Assembly: GCA_963803145.1 (NCBI GenBank)
Contig: CAWDLW010000016.1
Span: 32,001-96,000, forward strand
Source of the DNA: Methanotrichaceae archaeon
GTDB lineage: Archaea; Halobacteriota; Methanosarcinia; Methanotrichales; Methanotrichaceae
Length of the DNA: 64,000 nucleotides
Reading direction: 5' to 3'
The translations under genes were made by a program, and so were the position numbers. Shown piece by piece: positions 1 to 8,686 of the stretch. A model generated the notes under the pieces. That model was not told the DNA's origin and searched no databases. It saw only the letters and a program-made list of their open reading frames with translations. How positions within the stretch are numbered: position 1 is the stretch's first letter; every line of letters starts with the position of its first letter.

Positions 1-813
1 GTTCATATAGACCTTGAAATCATCAGTCAAATTGTTATCGTCCTTCCATGCCCAGCAGTTCATTCTCACGAGGATATCCGAAGGTTTAGAGAGATTGAAC
101 TTTATATTTACCCCATGCACCTGGCCGCTATATCCTGGGCTTAGTATTCTCTCCGGGAACTTATTCAATGGCTCCCCAATGGTATAAGTAGGAGTACAAG
201 TTCCATAAGTCGAGCAGAAGGCCGAGCCTAATGTTGGCTCCTCCATACCGAGAACTGCCCTTCCCATGCTATTTTCAAGCGTCATCGTTGAGAAGCCGTA
301 GAAGATATTGGCATCACTCGGCAGATTCTCCATGCTTAGTAGAATTTTATTCATGCCATGCCTTGTGAACCTTGAAGGTATCTCGTAAAGGAAGCCCCTG
401 TCTTCGGATGACTCATTTCCGTTATAAGGGTTCCAATCGCCCACGAACTGATCGTTTACAAAGACCTCGATATCGTCCGTCCTGTTGGCCAGATCGATGT
501 AGTCAAGCCGTCCGCCCAGCTTTACAGTCAAATCCGATGGATCGGGAAGACTAAAAACTATATTCAGTCCATGAACAAAGCCATCGTAGTAAGGGCCGTA
601 TATGCCCTTGGGCACAGCATTATCTGTGCCTACTATGACCACAGGAGTGGATGTTCCATAATCTGCAATCTCCCTTGAGCCACAATGAGTTCCGTCCGCG
701 CCAATCATCATAGTAGTAGTATTATCGCTTGATTGTCCCTGGGCGGTTGCTAAGCCCGCGTTCGCACCAAGGACAAGCAGCATTAAAAGGGATATGAATA
801 TAATTGCTCGCAT
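1..813 (-). CDS. Secreted hypothetical protein with internal tandem domain repeat (runs off window edge)
   Basis: Manually translated from ATG at 813 with GGAGG upstream: MRAIIFISLLMLLVLGANAGLATAQG signal peptide; frame open to position 1. Not in ORF track because it lacks a stop in the window. Confidence 0.8.
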   Translation of the reverse strand, partial: MRAIIFISLLMLLVLGANAGLATAQGQSSDNTTTMMIGADGTHCGSREIADYGTSTPVVIVGTDNAVPKGIYGPYYDGFVHGLNIVFSLPDPSDLTVKLGGRLDYIDLANRTDDIEVFVNDQFVGDWNPYNGNESSEDRGFLYEIPSRFTRHGMNKILLSMENLPSDANIFYGFSTMTLENSMGRAVLGMEEPTLGSAFCSTYGTCTPTYTIGEPLNKFPERILSPGYSGQVHGVNIKFNLSKPSDILVRMNCWAWKDDNNLTDDFKVYMN

Positions 814-882
814 ATTTTCCTCCTGCTACCCTTATCTATTATGCTACGGTACCTAAAAGATTTCCTTCGAATAGTTTGCAAA

Positions 883-1290
883 CTAGGTCTCCAAGATTTC
901 TATGAGTCCTTTATCCGCATCGACTATCATATAAGTGCCATCTTTCAGATAGAGCAAATCTTCGGTGACTCCATCTACCAATGGAATTCCGCTAATGACT
1001 GCGCCTATTGCTACAATCGGCTCTGATTTAAGATTTATCATAGCCGCTGGAGCCTTGCCCCTCTTCTTGAGCTGGTAAATGATATATGATCCTACTGTCG
1101 AGCCCTTGCCCCCGGGAAAGATCAGTACCCTACCTGCGATGCACTTTCCATAAAGCTCATGCTCTGGATCTACAACTTCGCCTGTTTCAGGGCTCACATT
1201 TCCGAGGAAAGAGAGCGCATCCCTTGTCACCATAGCTTCGCCTGCTGCACAGCCTGATGATACTTTATGGCATCTAATCTTCAGACTCAT
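883..1290 (-). CDS. Aconitase X swivel subunit (DUF126); phosphomevalonate dehydratase small subunit
   Basis: GKGSTVGSY motif, LSFLGNV..TG..HEL.G; start at MSLKIR gives ATGA overlap with the upstream gene. Confidence 0.9.
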   Translation of the reverse strand: MSLKIRCHKVSSGCAAGEAMVTRDALSFLGNVSPETGEVVDPEHELYGKCIAGRVLIFPGGKGSTVGSYIIYQLKKRGKAPAAMINLKSEPIVAIGAVISGIPLVDGVTEDLLYLKDGTYMIVDADKGLIEILET

Positions 1291-2456
1291 CGCCCCCCTG
1301 CCGCTACGCGGATGCATTCCTCAGTGCTTCCAAAGCATGCCTTTATGCCGCATAGCCCCGGAATATAGGCCAGGGCTTTGCCAGAGTCCGTCATCATCTT
1401 ATCAAAGCGTTCGCTCGCGGGAGATACGACCATGCAGGTATCGCAGATTACCTTTGCGCCACTCGCTTCAATCCTGGCAACAAGATCGGGACATGCTTCT
1501 GCGATCTTTCTGGCAGTGCAGATCCAAAGCTCTTTTACAGCCCTCTTGCCGTCAAGCAGATCTGCAATACGTAAAAGCTCTGCTGGAGAGCAATGTGGGC
1601 ATCCCAAAGCCACGATCTCGACATCGTCAGGGGAATATTTTTCATAAACCTCATCGATATCCTTTCTCTCCACAACCATTTTATCAGCGCGCTTTGCCTG
1701 TGAAGGAGGAGATGGCGTAACATCCTCTACATAATAAAGGGCTACAGAGCCGCTTGCTGCCATCGCTGCACCAAGAGATTTCAGTTCATCAACGCTCGGC
1801 CGGCATTTCAGCCGAAAGATAGGTACACCATCTTTTACAGTCTTACCAACAAGAAAGCCGAGAGCGCCATAATCAGAGCCCTTCAGAACAATATCTGCAA
1901 CTACTAAGTGTGTGGGAACTCTGTTCTCATCCAGATGGTACCCGTAGAGTGGGGTCTTTCCAACGAGTGCAGCAGCCAGTGCAGACGGTCCGCCCTCACG
2001 GTTTGTTCTCGCGCCTATGACTGAGTTCGCATAAGATACTGCGGATGATTCGCTCCAAGCTAAATGATCCCCTTTGCGAACTGTACCAGGATAAATCCTG
2101 TAAGGTATGCAGGTGCAGTCATCTGCTATTCCAAGCTGCCTATATGCATCTATCGTGGCCTTTTGCTTTAACGCGAAATCCTCATCAATCCCCATATCTT
2201 GCCAGCGCAATAGATCCATGCCTGCGGGATTGAGAATGCTTGGGACAGAAACACGCCCGCGCAGATCAGATATCCACTCAAGGCCTGCATCTCCGATATT
2301 CTTGTAGGAGACTCCTGCAATCTGGACGCTTCTAATGGGTATCAGGCGACTCGCGTTATAGATATCTCCAAGAGCAACAAGGATTTCCATGGCCCTTCGC
2401 AGCGTTTCTCCCTGCTCTCCGCTTAGATAGCGTTCCTCCTCGGAGGAAAGATACAT
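1287..2456 (-). CDS. Aconitase X catalytic subunit (DUF521); phosphomevalonate dehydratase large subunit
   Basis: GVSYKNIGDAG, CTCIPY, WSESSA..ANSV.GARTNREGG, GCPH, DTCMVVSP, TDSGKA motifs; start set at MYLSSEE. Confidence 0.92.
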   Translation of the reverse strand: MYLSSEEERYLSGEQGETLRRAMEILVALGDIYNASRLIPIRSVQIAGVSYKNIGDAGLEWISDLRGRVSVPSILNPAGMDLLRWQDMGIDEDFALKQKATIDAYRQLGIADDCTCIPYRIYPGTVRKGDHLAWSESSAVSYANSVIGARTNREGGPSALAAALVGKTPLYGYHLDENRVPTHLVVADIVLKGSDYGALGFLVGKTVKDGVPIFRLKCRPSVDELKSLGAAMAASGSVALYYVEDVTPSPPSQAKRADKMVVERKDIDEVYEKYSPDDVEIVALGCPHCSPAELLRIADLLDGKRAVKELWICTARKIAEACPDLVARIEASGAKVICDTCMVVSPASERFDKMMTDSGKALAYIPGLCGIKACFGSTEECIRVAAGGR

Positions 2457-2491
2457 GACTAGTGCCTTCAAACGCGCTGGTATAAATCACT

Positions 2492-3415
2492 TCAGACCAA
2501 CATGTTCAGAGGATGCTTGGGGACTGGCCAGATATCTAAGTCGTGTACGGCCTCAGCAACCAGAATATCTGCCATAGCTGCCACAGGAAAGATGAAATCC
2601 GCATTCTCAATAGGCCCATAAAGCAGGAAATCGCCTGCTGCCAGAAGCTGCATTGCAGCTGCAGCAGCGTCGCAACATTTCTTCTCCATGATGCTTTTGC
2701 TTTTAAGCCACTGCCAGGCACTTACAGCATTATGTATGCCTGAACCTACCGGCAAGCCCAGCTTTGCTTTGGCAACGACTGAAAAACGCAAGGATGATCC
2801 GGCTCCGCTCCCCAGCGGCACGACTCCAGGATCTATCATCAAGTTCGTCATCCCCAGATCCCTTGCCAAAGACAATAGCCCCTGCTTCTTTACAGATCCT
2901 CCATTCTCAAGCGCATTCATACAGCCGTCGACGCTTGAGTCTGAAGGGTTGTAAGCCAGGATGATAGCCGAATCAATCTCGGATCTCAGCAGAGCATCGG
3001 CCTCATCATCAGGGGTTCCGAGGCTGATGCTGTTATAAACTGTCTTGTCTGCAAACCCGAGTTCCGAGACAAGGCTTGCCATATTTGTCCGAACAGCTGG
3101 ATCTGCAGAATCTATTATCAGAGGACCTGACCAGGTTTCATCGGCAAAGCTGAGGTATCTATCGAATGCCCTGGCTGTTCTCGCGTAGATATGAAGCATG
3201 GTGGGGATGCCCGTCTCCTCTGAGAGTTCGGACTGCCTATTAACAAGGATCTCAGCCTTCTCTCTATGGAAGATGCCATTATCTTCGTCTCCGACTATTT
3301 TATGGCCCTGGTAGAAGATGGTGCCGCAGAGAACTGTTGGATATTCCCCTGGTTGTCCTCCTAACCTTATACCCCCGATGTTTACAACCGATTGTTCGCG
3401 CTTAAATCTATACAA
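2492..3415 (-). CDS. mtrH: MtrH-like (MtxH-type) methyl-H4MPT:corrinoid methyltransferase
   Basis: GGQPGEYPTVL.GTIFY.GHKIV, YNSI, GSGIHNA.SAW.WLK, GDFLLYGPIENA typical of MtrH; not within an mtrE-H operon. Confidence 0.88.
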   Translation of the reverse strand: MYRFKREQSVVNIGGIRLGGQPGEYPTVLCGTIFYQGHKIVGDEDNGIFHREKAEILVNRQSELSEETGIPTMLHIYARTARAFDRYLSFADETWSGPLIIDSADPAVRTNMASLVSELGFADKTVYNSISLGTPDDEADALLRSEIDSAIILAYNPSDSSVDGCMNALENGGSVKKQGLLSLARDLGMTNLMIDPGVVPLGSGAGSSLRFSVVAKAKLGLPVGSGIHNAVSAWQWLKSKSIMEKKCCDAAAAAMQLLAAGDFLLYGPIENADFIFPVAAMADILVAEAVHDLDIWPVPKHPLNMLV

Positions 3416-3418
3416 TTT

Positions 3419-4027
3419 CTATTCCTCCAGGGCAATCCAGGCAGATGAATCCACTACTATACCGCAGCCAAAGAATAGATCGCCTTTTTCAGCCTTTGCA
3501 TCCGTCCCTATATCCATTCGCCTTGCCCTTTTCTTTAAAACCAAAAAAGGCTTCTCTGGATAAGGCACGGAGCGTAGGCTGTACTCTCCGATCAGCTCCT
3601 CGATCTTCTGCTTATCTACAAGTCCTATCTTATCTATTACAGTAACCTGATCCTGGAACCTCTTTATGGCATCTCGCGGAAGGTTCTGGATGAATGGTAT
3701 CGCTCCCTTGGAGCCTATGATTCTGCCAGCATCATCTATGCCGTTTCTATGCAGTGCGATAAGTGTATTTCCCGGCAGGTGACCTTTTGATTCGATGCCG
3801 CATATCAAGAGAAAACGTATATTGGAATTGGAGATCACATTTGCAACTATCTTTTCAATGCCGAGGTTCTCCGTTTTGCATGGGCCGATGAGGCTCGCGC
3901 CTTCTGCGCGAAGCGAGCTTGCTAGAGTGACGACAGCTACAGATCCCTCCGGACTGCCCACTACGTAGTCGCCTCGAATCGGCGGCCAAGGGTCATCATA
4001 TCCTTTCACAATATGATCTGAGGTCAT
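3419..4027 (-). CDS. mtrA: Soluble MtrA-like (MtxA-type) corrinoid protein lacking the membrane anchor
   Basis: WPP..GDY.VG, VAVVTLAS, G.CKTENLGIEKI.AN.ISN.NIRFL, ESKGHLPG (corrinoid His ligand), IIGSKGAIPFI; no hydrophobic C-terminal helix. Confidence 0.88.
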   Translation of the reverse strand: MTSDHIVKGYDDPWPPIRGDYVVGSPEGSVAVVTLASSLRAEGASLIGPCKTENLGIEKIVANVISNSNIRFLLICGIESKGHLPGNTLIALHRNGIDDAGRIIGSKGAIPFIQNLPRDAIKRFQDQVTVIDKIGLVDKQKIEELIGEYSLRSVPYPEKPFLVLKKRARRMDIGTDAKAEKGDLFFGCGIVVDSSAWIALEE

Positions 4028-4063
4028 AATCTCAAGTATCTCTGATCTTCACACGATAATAAA

Positions 4064-4094
4064 GAAAGCCCTTTTAAAGATTAAATTAGCTTTC
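4064..4094. promoter_or_regulatory. Candidate operator GAAAGC-N19-GCTTTC flanking a TTTAAA box in the mtrA'/HTH divergent region
   Basis: Inverted repeat at 4064-4069 and 4089-4094 enclosing CTTTTAAAG (4071-4079), about 45 bp upstream of the mtrA' start. Confidence 0.35.
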
Positions 4095-4207
4095 GTCTAA
4101 TGCATGGAGAAATAAAGATGACTGTAATATGAAAAATAGAAATATGAGAATGAGAAAATAGGGTGTGCTCATGAGACAATGTTGTTATGGGAATCACGGT
4201 GGCGTTG

Positions 4208-4594
4208 ATGACTTCATACAAGGATAGGATCCTGGATGTTATCCGGTCGTCCGATGTAGGGCTTACCACAGTGGATGTAGCCAAGCGATCGGACGTAAGC
4301 AAAACAACTGTAATAAAATACCTCTCTGTGCTCAGATCTGAAGACCAGGTCGAGTTCGTAGAGGTAGGTCCCTCAAAGCTCTGGAGGATCAAAAGCCACA
4401 TTGAGAAATCGCCAGATGAGCAAAAGCATGGAGCGACAAGGCTAGAGATTGAGCCGCTTCCAGTGGTAGATATTGATCTATGTGACGGCGATGAGAAGAC
4501 GGTCTATTTCTCGTTCAGAGTAAATCCTGAACAAATCTGTTCGCTAATGAAGCGCGCGAAGAAATGCGTATGCAAAGTTGCGGATTCTTATTGA
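4208..4594 (+). CDS. Winged-HTH DNA-binding protein with unknown Cys-containing C-terminal domain
   Basis: GLTTVDVAKRSDVSKTTVIKYLSVL...VEFVEVGPSKLWR wHTH pattern; alternative start at 4187. Confidence 0.75.
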   Translation: MTSYKDRILDVIRSSDVGLTTVDVAKRSDVSKTTVIKYLSVLRSEDQVEFVEVGPSKLWRIKSHIEKSPDEQKHGATRLEIEPLPVVDIDLCDGDEKTVYFSFRVNPEQICSLMKRAKKCVCKVADSY

Positions 4595-4620
4595 TGTATA
4601 TGTAATTATGAGGCCTGTAG

Positions 4621-5985
4621 ATGCATATACCAAATGAAATCAGAGACTTCTTTAATATTGAAAGAGGTCAGACGCTTCTTATAAAGGGGCTGCCTGGAAC
4701 AGGCAAGACCACTCTAGCTTTGGAGATAATGAATGCCCTCTGTGAAAAAAACAATGGATTATATATCTCAACGAGAGTGGACCCTGAACGCCTCTACGCG
4801 ACGCACCCTTGGGTAAAGGGTGTGCTGCCGCCTAAGAATGTGATCAATGCAACCCAGGCAAAGCTGCTTGAAAGCCTAAAAAGCCTAAGCAAGGATGTTT
4901 CCGATTACTACGCTGTTCTCGATTTCTTTAAAGTATTCTTTGATGAGGCAGAGGAGATGGATAACCCTCTGATAGCAATAGATAGTTGGGATGCAGTTCT
5001 AAATTACACTTCTCAGTTCATTGGCAATTCACAGCATAGCTTCGAGCAGAACATCTGCGAGTTCGCGCGTGATCTGGATACGCACCTTATATTTGTGAGC
5101 GAGTTTGCGAATGTGATGCCTTTGGACTATATCGTAGATGGCGTGGCAACTATGGAGCAGTTCAAGATCCAAGGAGGATCTGGCAAGGACGGCCCGAGCG
5201 ACATGAGGACGCGATATGCCCGCCAGATAAGGCTCGATAAGCTCAGGGGTGTAGAGATCAAGCAGAAAACGTACACCTCAACCCTCCATGGAGGCAGGTT
5301 CAGATGCTTCAAGCCCTATGGAGAACATCTAGATGCCAGGATTGCAAGCGATGTAACCAGGATTCCGGATCCAGGCGAGGATAGAATATCAACTGGAATA
5401 CCGGATCTGGATAAAGCCATTGGTGGTCTCAGGTACGGCTCATGCAACGTGATGGAGATCGATTACGGCGTAGGCAAAAGATACTACCAGATGCTGACCG
5501 CTCTCGCATCGAATGCCTTGAAAAACGGCCGGGGCGTGTTCATACTTCCAAGCATTGGCTACCAGCTAAGCTCTCGTGATATCTTCGTCCCGACAAACAT
5601 AGTAGTTGCGCAACCTAAGGATATGGGCCCCGAGGAATGGTCCAAGGATATGCTTAAAAAATGGGATGAGCTGCGAGAAAGGACCGGCAGGCCGATACTG
5701 AATATAATAGGCCTTGATACAATGGAGTTTGCCTTCGGCTATAAAGAGGTTCTTAATATGGCAAACCTCATGATTCAGAAATGGAAGGAGACCAACGATA
5801 TAAACGTATTAGTAGTAAAGACCGGCCAGGAGAGCCTCAACATGGCCATACATACCGCGGACACATACTTCCTTGTGAACGAGCTGAACGGCGGGCTGTG
5901 TCTTTATGGTGTCATCCCTAGAACTGAACCGTATAACATGCTTCTGGAAGAGAGGAATAGGATAAGCCTGACACCTATCGTCTAG
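4621..5985 (+). CDS. GvpD-like / KaiC-superfamily tandem RecA-fold ATPase
   Basis: Walker A GLPGTGKT, YISTRV, IDSW, KLRG; second domain begins RISTGIPDLD with a degenerate Walker A. Confidence 0.8.
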   Translation: MHIPNEIRDFFNIERGQTLLIKGLPGTGKTTLALEIMNALCEKNNGLYISTRVDPERLYATHPWVKGVLPPKNVINATQAKLLESLKSLSKDVSDYYAVLDFFKVFFDEAEEMDNPLIAIDSWDAVLNYTSQFIGNSQHSFEQNICEFARDLDTHLIFVSEFANVMPLDYIVDGVATMEQFKIQGGSGKDGPSDMRTRYARQIRLDKLRGVEIKQKTYTSTLHGGRFRCFKPYGEHLDARIASDVTRIPDPGEDRISTGIPDLDKAIGGLRYGSCNVMEIDYGVGKRYYQMLTALASNALKNGRGVFILPSIGYQLSSRDIFVPTNIVVAQPKDMGPEEWSKDMLKKWDELRERTGRPILNIIGLDTMEFAFGYKEVLNMANLMIQKWKETNDINVLVVKTGQESLNMAIHTADTYFLVNELNGGLCLYGVIPRTEPYNMLLEERNRISLTPIV

Positions 5986-6332
5986 CTTTATTTTTTAGGG
6001 ATTTTTCGTCTGCATTTTGTTTCTCAAGCCATGCTGTACACTGTAATCCAGGCATTCTGCAATCAGGCTCAGCAACTCATTATCGGGTATCTGCTCACAT
6101 AGACTGTTCGATCTCTAGGAGATGCAAAGCAGCCTTTCACGATGGTAGATTATCTCAAAAGGCTGTGGTATCCTTGGAGCAAAAAGACTATGGCTGATTG
6201 GGTGGCCGGCCATATGCTGTATATTCACCTTATGCATATGGTACGGCCATTTGCGCCCACAGCGGAAACCGCATTATGAGTGCGCTAGGGATAGACAGCG
6301 GATATCAGAGATTGAGATCTGTATATCCAGAT

Positions 6333-6842
6333 TCAAGCTGTGCTGTGGTAACCTTTGGCCATCCTTGATGCAGCCTCTTTACGCAGCATTTGCGCAAACT
6401 CCTCCTCCTCAGAGAAGATCAGAGTATGGGTTGGGCAGGCATCGACGCAGGCAGGTTGTTTTCTATCGCCGCAGCGATCACATTTCACAGCCACACGTCC
6501 CTCTTTTTGCCTGCTTATCACTCCATAGGGACATATCATAGCGCACATCCAGCAGCCGATGCACCTCTCAGCATCTCTATCCACAGCGCCAGTTGATAGA
6601 TCCTGTCTCATTGCCCCTGTACGGCAGACCGCCACACAGGGTGCGTCCTCACAGTGCCTGCAGACCAGGGGCATCTTCTGGCCGTCTGCCTGCTCGACAT
6701 ATAACCTACGCACAGGGAGGGGCTTCTCAGAGATGGCCCCATAGAGGCTCTTGTTTTTGGAGTGCTCTATTGCACACGCCATCTCGCATGATCTACAGCC
6801 CATGCATCTGTCCAGGCGAACAAATATTTCCTTCATCTTCAC
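6333..6842 (-). CDS. cooF: CooF-type 4Fe-4S polyferredoxin (electron transfer subunit of CODH)
   Basis: Four Cys clusters (CMGCRSCEMAC, CRHCEDAPCVAVC, CIGCWMCAMICP, KCDRC...PACVDACP); overlaps cooS stop. Confidence 0.88.
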   Translation of the reverse strand: MKMKEIFVRLDRCMGCRSCEMACAIEHSKNKSLYGAISEKPLPVRRLYVEQADGQKMPLVCRHCEDAPCVAVCRTGAMRQDLSTGAVDRDAERCIGCWMCAMICPYGVISRQKEGRVAVKCDRCGDRKQPACVDACPTHTLIFSEEEEFAQMLRKEAASRMAKGYHSTA

Positions 6843-8686
6843 AGCCCCAGCTTGGTGCGCTGGCTCTCTATATGATCAATCATGAGCTTCGATGCCTTAA
6901 TGGGATCGGGCTCGACTGCGAAAGAGCCTCCAACGACATCCTTGGCGCCTTTTGTAAGCAAGGCAGCAACATTCTGGCTTCCGAGAACAGGAGGAACCGT
7001 TCCCAGAACTGTGTAGACTCCAGAGGCAACGACATAGGCCCCAATTGCAACTGCCTTCTCGCTCATCCATTCAGGCGCAGCTCCCGCAGCAGGCAGATCG
7101 CTTATATCAACACCAAGTGCGTTTGCTATAGCTGCAGCAGCGACGAGAATCCTGCTGATATCCACGCAAGATCCCATATGTAGAACTGGCGGAACACCTA
7201 GAGCCTTGCAGACGCCTTTTAGGCCGTCCCCGGCAAGGTCTGCAGCCTCCGGCAAAAGGAGGCCAGCTTTTGCGCATGCCAGGGCGTTGCATCCTGTCGT
7301 TACTACTAATATATTGTTCTTTATCAGCTCCTTCACAAGATTTACGTGGCCCGAGTCCTGCTTAATCTTTGGATTATTACATCCAACGACTGCGCCCAAG
7401 CCCCGTATGGCACCGCTCTTTATTGCGCCGAGCAATGGATCGAGCGAGCCGCCAAGCGCATTTACAATTGCCTCAACGCTGAAGCCGACCATTGCCTTGG
7501 ACTTGATATCAGGTATGTGAACTTTGGCAGGATCACGATTTTTATAATTCATGACTGCTGTTCGGACGATTGCTATGGAGGTCTCATAGGCATTTTCCGG
7601 ATGAACCTCCATGTGGGTCGCTCCAGGGAACTTGGCCTTTGGCGATGTGGATATGAACTTCGTGTGGAAGCATCCGGCGAGTGTGCCAAGCGCCGGCATC
7701 ACGCACTGCACATCCACAACCATTGCATCAACAGCGCCTGTGGTGATAGCGAGCTCCTGCTGAAGGAAGTTGCCTGCTGCTGGAACGCCGTATCGCATTA
7801 GAATTTCGTTGCCCGTGCAGCACATTCCGGCAACGTTTATGCCCTTTGCACCCTGACCAATGGCCAGATCAATCATTCCTGGATCGGATGCTGCGGCCAC
7901 GATCATCTCTGATAAAAGTGGCTCGTGTCCGTGGACAATGATGTTCACCTCATCCTTCTCGAGGACGCCCAAGTTCGCTTCAGTGATCGTCGGAACTGGT
8001 GTGCCGAAGATGACGTCCTGGAGTTCAGTTGCTATCATCGATCCACCCCAGCCGTCAGCCAGGCTCGCTCTAAGGCCCTGAAGTATCAGGTTGACATAGT
8101 CGCTGTCAACGCCCATAGTCGTTCTGTGCATTATCTCAACAATTTCGCGATCTATTCCACGAGGGACTATGCCGAGGCTCTTCCAGAGGTTCTGGCGCTT
8201 TAGCGGAGCACGACTGATGAATTGAATTGGGCCCTCCTGACTTCCGAACTCTGCAAGGATGGCATCTGCCAAAGCTATCTGATCGGATACGCCGTACTCC
8301 TTCATCAGACGCTCCATCTTTGCCTGATCGGTTATGCTGTAGCCAGGCGCCTTGCCCTCAGCCATAAGCTTGAAGGTAATGCTCACATCCCTCGCATGGT
8401 CTGAATGAGCAGATGCGCCTGCTGCTATGGCTCTGAGCAGATTCCGGGCGACGATTGTATCGGCCGTTGCCCCACAAGCCCCCTTAGTTGCGCCTTCGCC
8501 AAATGGATCGATGCGGCATGGCCCCATGTTACAATTTCGACAGCACAGGCCAAGCTCTCCAAAGCCGCAATGGGGCTCTTGCTTTTCAAAGCGATCCCAT
8601 ACTGTCTCTATACCTGCTCGCTGCGCCACAGTAAGCATCTCCTGGCTTGCAGGATCTATTGACATGTCACGAATATCTTTGGCCAT
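6839..8686 (-). CDS. cooS: Anaerobic Ni-Fe carbon monoxide dehydrogenase catalytic subunit (CooS type)
   Basis: CGFG..GLCCRNCNMGPCR..CG (D/B clusters); C-cluster ligands HGH, CCTGNE, DVQC, GCNN, GCNA, GSCVD; SEKA. Confidence 0.95.
   Translation of the reverse strand: MAKDIRDMSIDPASQEMLTVAQRAGIETVWDRFEKQEPHCGFGELGLCCRNCNMGPCRIDPFGEGATKGACGATADTIVARNLLRAIAAGASAHSDHARDVSITFKLMAEGKAPGYSITDQAKMERLMKEYGVSDQIALADAILAEFGSQEGPIQFISRAPLKRQNLWKSLGIVPRGIDREIVEIMHRTTMGVDSDYVNLILQGLRASLADGWGGSMIATELQDVIFGTPVPTITEANLGVLEKDEVNIIVHGHEPLLSEMIVAAASDPGMIDLAIGQGAKGINVAGMCCTGNEILMRYGVPAAGNFLQQELAITTGAVDAMVVDVQCVMPALGTLAGCFHTKFISTSPKAKFPGATHMEVHPENAYETSIAIVRTAVMNYKNRDPAKVHIPDIKSKAMVGFSVEAIVNALGGSLDPLLGAIKSGAIRGLGAVVGCNNPKIKQDSGHVNLVKELIKNNILVVTTGCNALACAKAGLLLPEAADLAGDGLKGVCKALGVPPVLHMGSCVDISRILVAAAAIANALGVDISDLPAAGAAPEWMSEKAVAIGAYVVASGVYTVLGTVPPVLGSQNVAALLTKGAKDVVGGSFAVEPDPIKASKLMIDHIESQRTKLGL

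Noticed and set aside
4621-5985. Gas vesicle cluster or circadian clock
   Set aside because: No gvpA or kaiA/kaiB genes, and the KaiC phosphosites are not conserved in either ATPase.
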